Positions 13,953 through 24,485 of a stretch of 64,000 bases of DNA are shown here, piece after piece. Every line of letters starts with the position of its first letter. The first letter of the stretch is position 1. A model generated the notes under the pieces. It was not told where the DNA came from. It saw only the letters and a program-made list of their open reading frames with translations, and made no database searches. The position numbers and the translations under genes are program-made. Source of the stretch: a bacterium (GTDB lineage: Bacteria; Actinomycetota; Coriobacteriia; Coriobacteriales; Coriobacteriaceae); NCBI GenBank assembly GCA_963602135.1, contig CAVCHM010000005.1, positions 1,953 to 65,952 on the forward strand, written 5' to 3'.

Positions 13953-14819
13953 TTACGCCTTGTTGACGGAGCCAAACTCCTCCATGAGCTCCTTGGTGCG
14001 GGCAACGATGTTGTCGCGACCAGGCTTGAGGAGCTTGCGGGGGTCAAAGCCCTTGCCCTGCTGATCCTTGCCAGCCTCGATGTACTCGCGGACGCCCTTG
14101 GCGAAGACGAGCTGCAGGTCGGTGTTGACATTGATCTTGGAGATGCCCAGGGAGATGGCCTTCTTGATCTGATCCTCGGGGATGCCGGTGCCACCGTGCA
14201 GAACGAGGGGCAGGTCGCCGGTCTGAGCCTTGATCTCGCCCAGACGCTCGAAGGAAAGGCCAGCCCAGTCGGCGGGATACACGCCGTGGATGTTGCCGAT
14301 GCCGCAGGCGAGGAAGTCGACGCCCAAGTCAGCAATCTGCTTGCACTCAGCGGGGTCAGCGAGCTCGCCGTTGGAGGTCACGCCGTCCTCGGTGCCGCCG
14401 ATGCCGCCGACCTCGGCCTCGATGGACATGCCCTTGGAGTGGGCAAGATCAACGAGCTCCTTGGTGCGGTCGAGGTTAAGCTGGAAGGTCTCCTCGTGAG
14501 AGCCGTCATACATGATGGACGTGAAGCCGGCCTCGATGCACTTGAAGCAGTCCTCGTAAGAACCGTGATCGAGGTGAAGGGCGACGGGAACGGTAACACC
14601 CGTGGCCTCGACGGCAGCCTTGACCATGTCGGCGCAGACCTTGAAGCCGCCCATCCACTTAGCGGCACCAGCGGTGCACTGAAGGATCAGCGGAGACTTG
14701 GCCTCCTCGGCGGCCTGGAGAATAGCCAGGGTCCACTCGAGGTTGTTGGTGTTGAAGGCACCGAGAGCGTACTTGCCGGCCTCGGCCTTCTTGAGCATGT
14801 CTGCTGCGTTGACGAGCAT
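13953..14819 (-). CDS. fba: Class II fructose-1,6-bisphosphate aldolase
   Basis: VALHLDHG, MYDGSH, GNIHG, LVLHGGTG, KINVNT; RBS AGGAGG. Confidence 0.96.
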   Translation of the reverse strand: MLVNAADMLKKAEAGKYALGAFNTNNLEWTLAILQAAEEAKSPLILQCTAGAAKWMGGFKVCADMVKAAVEATGVTVPVALHLDHGSYEDCFKCIEAGFTSIMYDGSHEETFQLNLDRTKELVDLAHSKGMSIEAEVGGIGGTEDGVTSNGELADPAECKQIADLGVDFLACGIGNIHGVYPADWAGLSFERLGEIKAQTGDLPLVLHGGTGIPEDQIKKAISLGISKINVNTDLQLVFAKGVREYIEAGKDQQGKGFDPRKLLKPGRDNIVARTKELMEEFGSVNKA

Positions 14820-15013
14820 AAAAGAAACCTCCTGTAAGGTTGCTCCGATAACGCCTGTGATTTTACCACGGCGCACCCGAGCATAAACGTTCGTTTGTTC
14901 ACGAATATCGTCCAAACAGACTTTTTTGACCGTTTGCCCTACGAAATTGACCCGTTGGGGAAAAATAGCTTGACGTTTGGACGCTTCTCGTGCTTTAGAA
15001 GCTGACTATAAAG

Positions 15014-15697
15014 CTACACCTGCATGAAAGGGTTCTGCATGAGCTCGCGTGCCATGGTGGTCGAATCGCCATGGCCGGTTAGGCAAACGGTATCGGGCGG
15101 GAGAAGCCGGGCGAGCTTGGAGAGCGAGCGCAGAATCGCCGCCTCGTCGCCACCGGCAAGATCGGTGCGGCCGTGGCTGCCCGGGAACAGGGTGTCGCCA
15201 ACAAAGGCGATGCTTCCCTGCTCGGTGGCGGCGAACAAGACGATCCCGCCCGGCGTATGCCCTGGTGTCTCGATCACCTGCAGGCAGATATCGCCCACCT
15301 CGATAGCATCGCCCTCGGCGAGCAGGCACGTCGGCTCCCCGGGGTCGGGCGTCTCAATGCCCCACATAGCTCGCTGTTCCTTGATGTTCGTATGCGGCAC
15401 CGCCGCATCCTTAGCACACAGCTCATACTGGCAGCCCTCGCCAACGGTGGTTCGCACGCCGGCAACACCACCAACATGATCGGCATGGCCATGAGTGCAT
15501 ACGGCGCCAAGCACGCGTACGCCGGGATGTTCGGCTCGAATATGCTCCACCAGGCGCTCGCCTTCCCACGCAGGGTCGATAATCACGCACTCATTGTCCG
15601 AGATAAGAGCATAGCTATTGGTCTGAATGGGACCGTTTACGAGCGTCTCGATCTCGACCGACCCCTTGGGAGTTACATCCAAGGACATAGCACTCAT
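15014..15697 (-). CDS. MBL-fold metallo-hydrolase (glyoxalase II-like)
   Basis: THGHADH, TPGHTPG, GDTLF, GRTDL, GHG; typical gene downstream of relA. Confidence 0.9.
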   Translation of the reverse strand: MSAMSLDVTPKGSVEIETLVNGPIQTNSYALISDNECVIIDPAWEGERLVEHIRAEHPGVRVLGAVCTHGHADHVGGVAGVRTTVGEGCQYELCAKDAAVPHTNIKEQRAMWGIETPDPGEPTCLLAEGDAIEVGDICLQVIETPGHTPGGIVLFAATEQGSIAFVGDTLFPGSHGRTDLAGGDEAAILRSLSKLARLLPPDTVCLTGHGDSTTMARELMQNPFMQV

Positions 15698-15781
15698 GTC
15701 CCTCTCCTCTCTATAGAACTCGAGGCATCAAACGATGCCTCGAGTGTAGCGAATATTGATAATGTGGCGCGTTCGTCGCGA

Positions 15782-18142
15782 CTAAACGCGGCGCTTAAGC
15801 TGGGCTCCACCCTCGCCGGGCATCAGGCGGCGCGCGTCGTAGACCGAGTCAACGCTGCTGATAGAGGCCAGCAGCGGATCCAGACCACTCGCGTCCGAGA
15901 TCTCGACCATAAAGCGCAGGGTTGCAATACCCTCGCGGTTGGTCGACGTGGCGGCAGAAAGGATATTGCCGCCCGCATCGCCAATGGCAATAGTGACATC
16001 CTTGAGCAGGCCCATGCGGTCCAGGCACTCGACCACGATCTCGACCTGGAAGAGGGTGTCGGCAGCGCCGTCCCACTCCACTTCGATCATGCGCTCGGGA
16101 TGCTCCATAAGACCCTTGACGTTGGGGCAGTTGGCGCGATGCACCGAAACGCCACGACCGCGCGTGATGAAGCCGACGATATCGTCGCCCGTCACCGGAT
16201 TGCAGCAATGTGCCAGGCGGACCAGCAGGCCGCTGTTGCTCTCGCCCTTGACGATAATGCCGTTACTGGCGCTCTTGCCGCGCTTTTGCGGCTTTCGGTT
16301 GGAGCCTCGGGCCGGCTGTTTCACGACCTCGGCGATAGCCTCGGCCTTGGTGAGCTGTTCCTCGGGCTTGGGGTCCAAGATTTGCTCGACCTTGTTACCC
16401 ACAGCGCGCGGGGCAACCTTGCCGGCGCCCACGGCGGCAAACAGGTCCTCGAGCTGCTTGAAGTTCAGCTGCTCCGCCACGGCGTTGAGCGCACGCGTGG
16501 ATCGCGGCGTAGAGATGCCATACCCGCGCTTGCGCAAGTCCTTGGCCAGTATATCGCGGCCGGCAGCAGCGTCGTCGTCCTTGGTCGCGGCGGCAAAATA
16601 GCGGCGGATCTTTGACTTGGCGGAAGGTGTCTTAACGATCTTGAGCCAATCACGAGACGGCTTGGAACTCTTGTTGGTCAGGATTTCAACGCGGTCGCCC
16701 GTCTTGATCTCGTGCGTGAGCGGGGCCACCGCACCGTTGATCTTAGCGCCGACGCAGTGGTTGCCCACCTCGGTGTGAACGGCGTAGGCAAAGTCGAGCG
16801 GCGTGGAACCGGCACGAAGCGCCATGACCTCACCCTTGGGCGTAAAGACGAAGATCTCTTGATCGAAGAGGTCGACCTTCAGCGAATGCAGGTATTCCTT
16901 GGCGTCGGTGATCTCATCAGACGCAGCCCAATCGAGCGAATGTTTGAGCCAGTTAATCTGGTCGTCCAGCCGCTGGGCATCATTGGTCTTAGACGCAGAC
17001 GATCCGCCCGACTTCTTATATAGCCAGTGGGCGGCAATGCCGTACTCGGCCTGCTCATGCATCTCATAGGTTCGAATCTGAATCTCGAGCGGGCGGGCCG
17101 TGGGACCGATAACCGTCGTATGGAGCGACTGGTAGTTATTGACCTTGGGCATGGCGATATAGTCTTTAAAGCGACCGGGCATGGGGTGCCACAGCGTATG
17201 CACCGCGCCGAGCGTGGAGTAGCAATCGCGCACCGAATGCGTGATGACGCGCAGCGCCACCAGGTCGTAGATCTCGGAGAACTCCTTGCCCTTACGCTTC
17301 ATCTTTTGGTAGATGGACCAATAGTGCTTGGAGCGGCCATTAATCTGGAAGCCCTCCAGGCCAATGCGGTTGAGCTCGTCGGTGAGCGTCTTGATGGTCT
17401 CGGCCAGATAGCGCTCGCGAACCTCGCGCGACTCAGCCACCATGCGCGCGATGCGCTGGTAGGCATCGGGCTCAAGGTAGAAGAAGGACAGGTCCTCGAG
17501 CTCCCACTTAATAGAGCTCATGCCCAGACGGTCGGCCAGGGGCGCATACACGTCCATGGTCTCGCGGGCCTTAAACAGGCGACGGTCCTCGCGAAGGGCC
17601 GCCAGCGTACGCATGTTATGCAGGCGGTCGGCAAGCTTAACGATGATGACGCGGATGTCCTTGGACATGGCGAGGAACATCTTTCGCAGCGTGAGCGCCT
17701 GTTTCTCGTCCATGCTGTCGACTTCGATGTTGGTGAGCTTGGTCACGCCATCGACGAGCTCGGCCACCGTATCGCCAAACAGGCCGGAAACATCGGCAAG
17801 CGAGGTCTCGGTATCCTCGACGGTATCGTGTAGCAGCGCGGCGCACACCACATCGCAGTCCATCTTGAGATCGGCCAAAATGATGGCGACCTCGACGGGA
17901 TGGTTGATGTACATCTCACCCGAGCGGCGCTTTTGGTTGCAGTGCTTCTCGGCGGCAAAGCAGTAGGCCTGCTCCACCTTAGAGAAGTCGTCCTCATTCA
18001 TATATTTGAGGCACAGGCGCTCCAGCTTGTCGTAGCTGTCCGCCATAATCTCGGGCGGCAGCTCATCGGCATGCTTATAGTGCTCCATCTCCGAGAACGG
18101 CTGGAGGGTGGAATCATGGGCGGTACGGGCTGCGGCATCCAT
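15782..18142 (-). CDS. relA: Bifunctional (p)ppGpp synthetase/hydrolase Rel
   Basis: HD (LLHDTVED), synthetase (YQSLHT, EIQIRT), TGS (DFAYAVHTEVG), ACT domains. Confidence 0.97.
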   Translation of the reverse strand: MDAAARTAHDSTLQPFSEMEHYKHADELPPEIMADSYDKLERLCLKYMNEDDFSKVEQAYCFAAEKHCNQKRRSGEMYINHPVEVAIILADLKMDCDVVCAALLHDTVEDTETSLADVSGLFGDTVAELVDGVTKLTNIEVDSMDEKQALTLRKMFLAMSKDIRVIIVKLADRLHNMRTLAALREDRRLFKARETMDVYAPLADRLGMSSIKWELEDLSFFYLEPDAYQRIARMVAESREVRERYLAETIKTLTDELNRIGLEGFQINGRSKHYWSIYQKMKRKGKEFSEIYDLVALRVITHSVRDCYSTLGAVHTLWHPMPGRFKDYIAMPKVNNYQSLHTTVIGPTARPLEIQIRTYEMHEQAEYGIAAHWLYKKSGGSSASKTNDAQRLDDQINWLKHSLDWAASDEITDAKEYLHSLKVDLFDQEIFVFTPKGEVMALRAGSTPLDFAYAVHTEVGNHCVGAKINGAVAPLTHEIKTGDRVEILTNKSSKPSRDWLKIVKTPSAKSKIRRYFAAATKDDDAAAGRDILAKDLRKRGYGISTPRSTRALNAVAEQLNFKQLEDLFAAVGAGKVAPRAVGNKVEQILDPKPEEQLTKAEAIAEVVKQPARGSNRKPQKRGKSASNGIIVKGESNSGLLVRLAHCCNPVTGDDIVGFITRGRGVSVHRANCPNVKGLMEHPERMIEVEWDGAADTLFQVEIVVECLDRMGLLKDVTIAIGDAGGNILSAATSTNREGIATLRFMVEISDASGLDPLLASISSVDSVYDARRLMPGEGGAQLKRRV

Positions 18143-18157
18143 CGAGGTCCCCTTCCC

Positions 18158-21100
18158 CTAGGCCCGCGGTACGATCGGGCGGTTAACTTTGGCTAGCATA
18201 TCAGAAGCGCACGAATCGAGCGCCCAACTCCGGAAAGCCGAGAACTCCATGCGCGAACGCAAGCCCTCCAAATAGCGAATTGACCTGCTCAATTGCACAC
18301 GGCCGGGGTTTTCGGCCATCGCGATGCGACGGGTGTCGTCAAACCCCGAGACGCAACAGAAACCAAGCTCTTCGAAGATTCCCAGGCCACTTTCCACCGA
18401 GCGCTCGTCGACCGGCGTGCGAGCATCGATGGCAAGGCACATCTGCGCGATGTCGATATCGCTCGCGCTAAAGGAATCGTCCCCGGTCTTGCCGCGGTTG
18501 GAGCGCCACATGGTTTGCAGCGCGCGATAGAGCGTGACGAGCTCGTCGCGCTCGGGCGCATAGCAGTCGAGTAGGCGCTCGTTAATGCGGGCGTCGCGCG
18601 ACGAATAGAGCAGGTGAATCACGGCGGGCCGTCCATCGCGACCGGCGCGGCCACTCATCTGGTTAAACTCAATCGCACCAAACGGCATGTGATAGAGCAC
18701 GACATGGCGAATATCGGGAAGGTTGACGCCCTCGCCAAAGGCAGAGGTCGAGACGATGCAGCTGAGGCTTCCGTCACGAAACGCCTCCTCTACGCGATGG
18801 CGGTCGGTGCGTGTAAGGCCCGCGTTGTAAAAGGCGATATGCGACGCGTAGTCGGGAACGCGTTTGCGTAGCGTCTTGGCAAGCGCCACGGACTGATCAC
18901 GCGAGTTGACGTAGATGACGGTCTTCTCCCCCGTCGCCACGATTGACACCAGGCGGTTTTCGCGGCTCGCAAGGTCGCGGTCGTCCTCGAGCTGCAGGTT
19001 CTCGCGCACCGTCTCGTCGACCACCATGCGAGTAATCGTCAGCATGCGGGCAAGCTCGGCCACGACCGGAGCCGTCGCGGTGGCCGTCGCAGCCATAACA
19101 ACCGGGTCGCCCAGGGCTTTGAGGATATCGGGCATGTCGAGATAGGCGCTGCGGTCGCCGCCCTTGGCAAGGCCGGCGTGGTGCGCCTCATCGATAACGA
19201 CAAAGCCGATGCGGCCCGAACGCGCGAAGCGGTCACGGTGGATAGATAGGAACTCGGGCGTCGTGAGCACGATACCGGTGCGGCCCGAAGCTAGGCCGGC
19301 GAACACATCATCGCGTGCGGCCTCCACGGTCTCGCCGGTCAGCACGCCAACGCCAATGCCAAGCGCTGCCATCGTCGACGAGAGGTGATAGGCCTGGTCG
19401 GCAACAAGCGCGCGCAGCGGATAGACAAAGATACTCGCACGTCCGCGAAGGACAGCCTCGCGCGCAGCATGTACATGGAAGATGAGAGACTTGCCGCGGC
19501 CCGTTCCCATAACGGCCAAGACACTCTGGTGGTCGGCCAAGGCATCGAGCGCCTCAGCCTGCGCGCGGTGCGGCTGGTTCGATCCGATAAAGCTATGGAT
19601 AAGCGAGCGCGTGAGCTCGGTATAGGAAAGCTGGGCGAGCGTCTCGCGCTTACGCGACTCCAGGCGCAGGCCGAAATCCGCCGGCTGCACGCCACGACGA
19701 AGCTCGCATGCCGGATCGTCGACGCTGGGCAGCGTGGTATCGCGGACCAGAACATCCTTGATCATGAGCTTGGGCTTCACACGCCCCTGCCAATGCTCGG
19801 CAACGGCCTCGAACACCAAGTCGACAGCGCTATCGCAGTTGATGAGCTTATCGATTTGCGGCACGCGGAACATAATGGCCGGCACACTCGCGGCGCCATC
19901 GGTCGCCACAAAGCGCATATGCTCGCCGGTTTTGCCCACCACGGCGCGGTCGCACATCGTCACGCCCTCGGCAGCCAGCAGCGGCACCTTGTTGCCCTGG
20001 CCAAACGGCTCAAGGCGGGAGATCTGCTCGATGGTCTCGATATTCAGCTCGGAAAGGTCGACGGTGGCGGCGACCTCGTCGGTGTCTTCAAAGTCCTCGG
20101 CGGGAAGCTCGGACAGCACGGCGGAAAGGCGGCGGCGGAACTCATCGAGCTTGGATGCCTCGATGGTCACACCCACCGCACCGGCATGTCCGCCGCGACG
20201 AATCAGCAGGTCGGAACAGCGCTCGACGGCGTCAAACAGGTTGACTTTGCCCACCGAGCGACCAGAGCCGCGCGCGATACCGTCCTCGATCGAGAACAGC
20301 AGCGCCGGCACGTGATAGCGGTTGGTCAGACGGCTTGCCACGATGCCCTTGACGCCCTCGTGCCAGCCCTCGCCACCCACGACGATTGCGCGTCCGCCGT
20401 CATAGGTCTCCTCGACCTTTGCCATGGCATCGCGCGTGAGCTCCGCCTCGATCTCACGGCGCTGGCGGTTGATTTCCTCGAGCTCAGCCGCCAGTGCGCT
20501 TGCTTCGATGGGATCGCGGGCAAGCAGCAGGTCGAGCGCCAGCTTGGGATCGGCCATGCGACCGGCAGCGTTTAAGCGGGGAATGAGCGAGAATGACAGG
20601 CCATCCGCCGTAATGCTCGAAAGGTCCGCCTTGGCGAGCGCGGCAAGCGCGATATAGCCCGGGCGAGCGGTTACGCGCATCTGCTGGATGCCCTCGGCAA
20701 CCAGCGCGCGGTTCTCGGGCGTGAGCGGCATCATGTCGGACACGGTGCCCAGCGCCGCGACCTCGATTAGCGAACGCCAATACGACGGCTTGCCCAGGCG
20801 CTCACCCAGGACTTGCACCAGCTTGAGCGCCACACCAGCACCGGCAAGCTCGCGCGAGGGGCCCTCGTCCTCGAGCTTGGGGTCGGTCAGGGGCACACCC
20901 TGCGGCACCTGGTCGGAAGGCTCGTGATGGTCCGTGACCACCAAATCGATTCCCAGGCTCTCCAGATAGGAAACCTCTTCCTTGGCGGCAATGCCGTTAT
21001 CGACGGTCACAATCAGCTGGGGGCGAGCGAGCTCATTAACGCGGTCGAGCGCCGCACGCGAAAGACCGTAGCCCTCGTCAAAGCGATGCGGAATAAACGG

Positions 21101-21445
21101 CGTGACATCGGCGCCAAACGTGCGTAGTGCCTCGGTCAACAGGCAGGTCGACGTAATACCGTCAACGTCAAAATCGCCAAAGACCGCAATGTGCTCGTGG
21201 TTGCAAATAGCACGCTCGACGCGGTCGGCAACGACCGACATGCCCGGGATAATGAGTGGGTCGGCCCAGTCGCGATCGAGCGAAGGCGTCAAAAACAGCT
21301 GACCTTCTTCGATGGATGTAATGCCGTGCGCGACCATAATACGCGCCACCAGCCCGGGAATGCCCAGGCCAGCCGAAAGCTCCTTTTCGAGCTCGGGGTT
21401 TTGCTGAGCGACCGCCCAGCGATGCGTCGTCTTAAGCGATGACAT
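18158..21445 (-). CDS. recJ: RecJ ssDNA exonuclease fused to a RecQ-like SF2 helicase
   Basis: DFDVDG, DHH, PRLNAAGR, GSGRS, GGH; then GTGRGKS, DEAH, STSAFGEGVN, QMSGRAGRDG. Confidence 0.93.
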   Translation of the reverse strand: MSSLKTTHRWAVAQQNPELEKELSAGLGIPGLVARIMVAHGITSIEEGQLFLTPSLDRDWADPLIIPGMSVVADRVERAICNHEHIAVFGDFDVDGITSTCLLTEALRTFGADVTPFIPHRFDEGYGLSRAALDRVNELARPQLIVTVDNGIAAKEEVSYLESLGIDLVVTDHHEPSDQVPQGVPLTDPKLEDEGPSRELAGAGVALKLVQVLGERLGKPSYWRSLIEVAALGTVSDMMPLTPENRALVAEGIQQMRVTARPGYIALAALAKADLSSITADGLSFSLIPRLNAAGRMADPKLALDLLLARDPIEASALAAELEEINRQRREIEAELTRDAMAKVEETYDGGRAIVVGGEGWHEGVKGIVASRLTNRYHVPALLFSIEDGIARGSGRSVGKVNLFDAVERCSDLLIRRGGHAGAVGVTIEASKLDEFRRRLSAVLSELPAEDFEDTDEVAATVDLSELNIETIEQISRLEPFGQGNKVPLLAAEGVTMCDRAVVGKTGEHMRFVATDGAASVPAIMFRVPQIDKLINCDSAVDLVFEAVAEHWQGRVKPKLMIKDVLVRDTTLPSVDDPACELRRGVQPADFGLRLESRKRETLAQLSYTELTRSLIHSFIGSNQPHRAQAEALDALADHQSVLAVMGTGRGKSLIFHVHAAREAVLRGRASIFVYPLRALVADQAYHLSSTMAALGIGVGVLTGETVEAARDDVFAGLASGRTGIVLTTPEFLSIHRDRFARSGRIGFVVIDEAHHAGLAKGGDRSAYLDMPDILKALGDPVVMAATATATAPVVAELARMLTITRMVVDETVRENLQLEDDRDLASRENRLVSIVATGEKTVIYVNSRDQSVALAKTLRKRVPDYASHIAFYNAGLTRTDRHRVEEAFRDGSLSCIVSTSAFGEGVNLPDIRHVVLYHMPFGAIEFNQMSGRAGRDGRPAVIHLLYSSRDARINERLLDCYAPERDELVTLYRALQTMWRSNRGKTGDDSFSASDIDIAQMCLAIDARTPVDERSVESGLGIFEELGFCCVSGFDDTRRIAMAENPGRVQLSRSIRYLEGLRSRMEFSAFRSWALDSCASDMLAKVNRPIVPRA

Positions 21446-21720
21446 AGGCGCCCACCCCCGATAGGGGCAGGTCGCCGCGATACCTCTCACGGTTCATAGC
21501 GATGAGTCCTCTGTGTATGCCCGCTTCGGCAGGCAGATCTGTTGAACGGATTTATTATACCGTGCAGAGCAGACGCAAATCGCCGCAGCACGCCGCGGTT
21601 TCGGTAAACGAAGGCGGCAACATCCTCGAAATATTCGAGCGTTTCTGCCGCACGGGCGCATGCGAGCGTCTAGCATATCCATTCAAATGCATTTATGGGC
21701 AAAGGGGGTCGCAGGAATAT

Positions 21721-22719
21721 ATGAAGCAATGGGTTGGACTGGGCAAGTTTCTCGCGGGACACATGCAGGTCATCGTCCCGATTTGCGTGGCGCTCGGCGT
21801 GCTCTTTCCCCAGCAGATCGGTGTGCTCAAGCCTATCGTTCCCACCCTGTTTGCCTTCATGACGTTTCAGGGAGCACTGAGCAACACCTTCCATCAGGTG
21901 GCCGAGGTATTCCGTCGTCCGTTACATCTGATTCTGGCGCTGTTGGTCTCGGCGGTGCTCATTCCCATCGCGGCTTATGCCATGGGATCGTTGTTCTTTG
22001 GCTCCAACCCCAACCTCGTCTGCGGCATTGTGCTCGAGTACAGCGTGCCCGTAGCCGTCACCGCTTTTATGTGGATCAGCATGTTCGGCGGCAACGGCCC
22101 GCTCGCGCTCACCATCATCCTGACGTCCTCGGTCATCTCACCTGTGACGATTCCGCTTACGCTCAAGCTCCTGCTGGGCGCCACCGTCTCGATCGACGTG
22201 CCGAGCATGATGCAGAACATGGCCTTTATGATCGCCATCCCCGCTGTGCTCGGTATTGCCATCAATGAACTCACGCGCGGCTGGGGCCACGAGAAACTCT
22301 CTCCCGTGCTCTCGCCCGCCTGCAAGTTCATGATGATGGGCGTCATCGCGTCCAACTCCACCGCTATGAGCGAGTACGTGCTGCACATAAACGCGGTGCG
22401 CCTGGAAGTCGCCCTCTTTATTTTGGTCTTCGCCATCAGCGGCTTTGTCGTCGGTTTTCTGGTCGCACGTGCGCTGCATCTGCCATATAGCGAGACGACT
22501 ACCATGTGCTTTACCTGCGGCATGCGCAACATCTCTTCGGGTGCCGTCATCGCCACGCAGTACTTTCCGGGCGAGGTCGTGTTCCCCGTCATGTGCGGCA
22601 CGCTGTTTCAGCAGGTGCTGGCCTCGATTATCGGGCATCTCTTTGAGTGCCTAACCTGCGAGGAGCGCGCCAAACAACGCAAGCGCGTCGAGGCCGGCCG
22701 CGACGCGATGGCACGCTAG
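21721..22719 (+). CDS. Bile acid:sodium symporter family (BASS/SBF) transporter
   Basis: About 10 TM helices, GGNGPLAL, GMRNISSG motif. Confidence 0.85.
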   Translation: MKQWVGLGKFLAGHMQVIVPICVALGVLFPQQIGVLKPIVPTLFAFMTFQGALSNTFHQVAEVFRRPLHLILALLVSAVLIPIAAYAMGSLFFGSNPNLVCGIVLEYSVPVAVTAFMWISMFGGNGPLALTIILTSSVISPVTIPLTLKLLLGATVSIDVPSMMQNMAFMIAIPAVLGIAINELTRGWGHEKLSPVLSPACKFMMMGVIASNSTAMSEYVLHINAVRLEVALFILVFAISGFVVGFLVARALHLPYSETTTMCFTCGMRNISSGAVIATQYFPGEVVFPVMCGTLFQQVLASIIGHLFECLTCEERAKQRKRVEAGRDAMAR

Positions 22720-22749
22720 GCCGTCCGCAGTGCGCGGATGCTCGCTTTG

Positions 22750-23586
22750 CTACGCGAGCGCTTCCAGATGTGTGCGCAGGCACTCCGCATCGATATCGAG
22801 CGTGGTCTCGGCATTGACCTGGGCCAGACGATAGCCCACAAAGTAGGGCGATACCACCCAACGCGGAAGCGCCTTGGCAATGGTCCGGCCGCCCATGTGG
22901 TAGAAGAACAGGTTGTACGACTCCGCGCGACCGCCGTGGTGCTCGTGCAGGATATAGCGCAGGGCCACCTGAATCGCATCGGCAAACAGGTCCGCTTCGG
23001 CTTGGTCGTGGGCGTCGTCGCTGGCGGCGATTCCCTGTGGAGCCGAGACGTTGACCTCAAAGAACCCCATGATCGGCTCGGTTGAGATGTTGACCTCAAA
23101 GAACCCCATGATCGGCTCGGTTGAGATGTTGACCGAGATTCTCCCCTGCCGCCAGACATCGATGCCTTCGAAATTGGCGGAAGCCAGCGAAGCATAGCCA
23201 TCCTCCTGTTCCAAGCCCACAATCTGCATGTGCGGATGGACGAGGCTGCCGCCCGAAAGCGGGCCTTTGTTCTTGTACATGAGCACGCTGCGGTACTGTT
23301 GGGAATCGATCATCTGCTGCCAACAGCCCAGGGCAAACCTCATCACATGATGCAGCTCATCCGGTTCATAGGTCACCAGGTCGGCGTCGTGATTGGCCGA
23401 CTCGATCAATACGGTCTGACGGGTGGCCCGCAAGGTCTTGAACTTATTCTCGAGCCAGATGCAGTCGCCATCGCGCTGGATGATGTTGGCGAGCCCCTCC
23501 GTGTCGCAAAAGGGGCACGCGGTGCCAGGGCGACGATTATCGTCGGGCTTACCGTTCGCCTGCTGAACGTCAAATACCAGCGCCAC
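22750..23586 (-). CDS. DUF4931-like (GalT/HIT-related) protein
   Basis: CPFC, WLENKFKTL, KNKGPLSGGSLVHPHMQIVG. Confidence 0.8.
   Translation of the reverse strand: MALVFDVQQANGKPDDNRRPGTACPFCDTEGLANIIQRDGDCIWLENKFKTLRATRQTVLIESANHDADLVTYEPDELHHVMRFALGCWQQMIDSQQYRSVLMYKNKGPLSGGSLVHPHMQIVGLEQEDGYASLASANFEGIDVWRQGRISVNISTEPIMGFFEVNISTEPIMGFFEVNVSAPQGIAASDDAHDQAEADLFADAIQVALRYILHEHHGGRAESYNLFFYHMGGRTIAKALPRWVVSPYFVGYRLAQVNAETTLDIDAECLRTHLEALA
23050..23134. repeat. Perfect 39-bp in-frame tandem duplication
   Basis: GTTGACCTCAAAGAACCCCATGATCGGCTCGGTTGAGAT x2 plus GTTGACC; encodes VNISTEPIMGFFE twice. Confidence 0.97.
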
Positions 23587-23589
23587 GGG

Positions 23590-24267
23590 TTACGCCTCCA
23601 GCGGCACGATCTTGGTGCCATGGAGCTCGGAGACGCTCAATGCCGCCGCCACGGTATCGCGGTTGGCCGTAGAAATGCCGCCGCCGGGAAGGATGGTCAG
23701 GCGGTCGCCCGCATACTCGACAAGACGCGACAGGTGCTCCAGGTTGTCCTCGATCGGCGTTCCGGCAGCACCACCATGCGTCAGGATGCGCGTGATGCCG
23801 CAGTCGGCGAGTGTGTCAATGGCGTCCAGCTGAGCCTCGGGCGAGAGCTGGTCAAAGGCCATGTGGAAGGTGATATCGATGGCCCCGCGCTTGCACTCCT
23901 CGGTCGCGCAGCCCGTAGCCATCACGAGGGCGCCGAGGGTGAGCTCGTCGAGCGCCCAGCCGCCGGCACAGGGCTTGCAGCAGCCAAAGACCAGGCCGTC
24001 AACGCCGGCGCTCACGGCAAGACCCAAGTCCATCTCCATCATGCGCAGCTCGTCCTGGTTGTAGTGAAAGTCACCGCCACGCGGGCGAATCATGCACATC
24101 ACTCGCGCGTCATGCTCGTGAGCATAGCTGACCGTAGTGCTGATAACGCCGGCCGAGGGCGTGGTACCACCGACGGCAAGGTTGTCGCACAACTCGATGC
24201 GCTTAGCACCGGCATCGATAGCCGCCGGCACACGCTCAAAGTTCTCGGCACAAAACTCGTACAGCAT
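23590..24267 (-). CDS. cutC: Copper homeostasis protein CutC
   Basis: GAKRIELCDNLAVGGTTPS, MIRPRGGDF, TFHMAFD, RILTHG. Confidence 0.95.
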   Translation of the reverse strand: MLYEFCAENFERVPAAIDAGAKRIELCDNLAVGGTTPSAGVISTTVSYAHEHDARVMCMIRPRGGDFHYNQDELRMMEMDLGLAVSAGVDGLVFGCCKPCAGGWALDELTLGALVMATGCATEECKRGAIDITFHMAFDQLSPEAQLDAIDTLADCGITRILTHGGAAGTPIEDNLEHLSRLVEYAGDRLTILPGGGISTANRDTVAAALSVSELHGTKIVPLEA

Positions 24268-24339
24268 AGATAGCCCCCAGGAGACATTTCGATTTCCACA
24301 CGGCATTGTCGCACGTTAAATAGCAACCCGCACGATGGA

Positions 24340-24446
24340 ACAAAACCTTGACAAGGAGTGTCCCAAAGTGCCGGCACATAAGGAACGTCCCCAGGTGCCA
24401 CCTTGAGCGATGGGTACTCATTTAAGTACGTCCCCAATGAGTACCC
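24340..24446. repeat. Cluster of short hairpins with GTCCC-core loops (REP-like)
   Basis: GGCAC-ataaggaacGTCCCcag-GTGCC and GGGTACTCATT-taagtacGTCCCc-AATGAGTACCC. Confidence 0.6.
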
Positions 24447-24485
24447 GCAGGGGACAGACAGACCGGACTCCCTATACGACAACTG

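Noticed and set aside
21625..21639. CTCGAAATATTCGAG palindrome upstream of recJ as an SOS box
   Set aside because: Spacing and core do not fit GAAC-N4-GTTC
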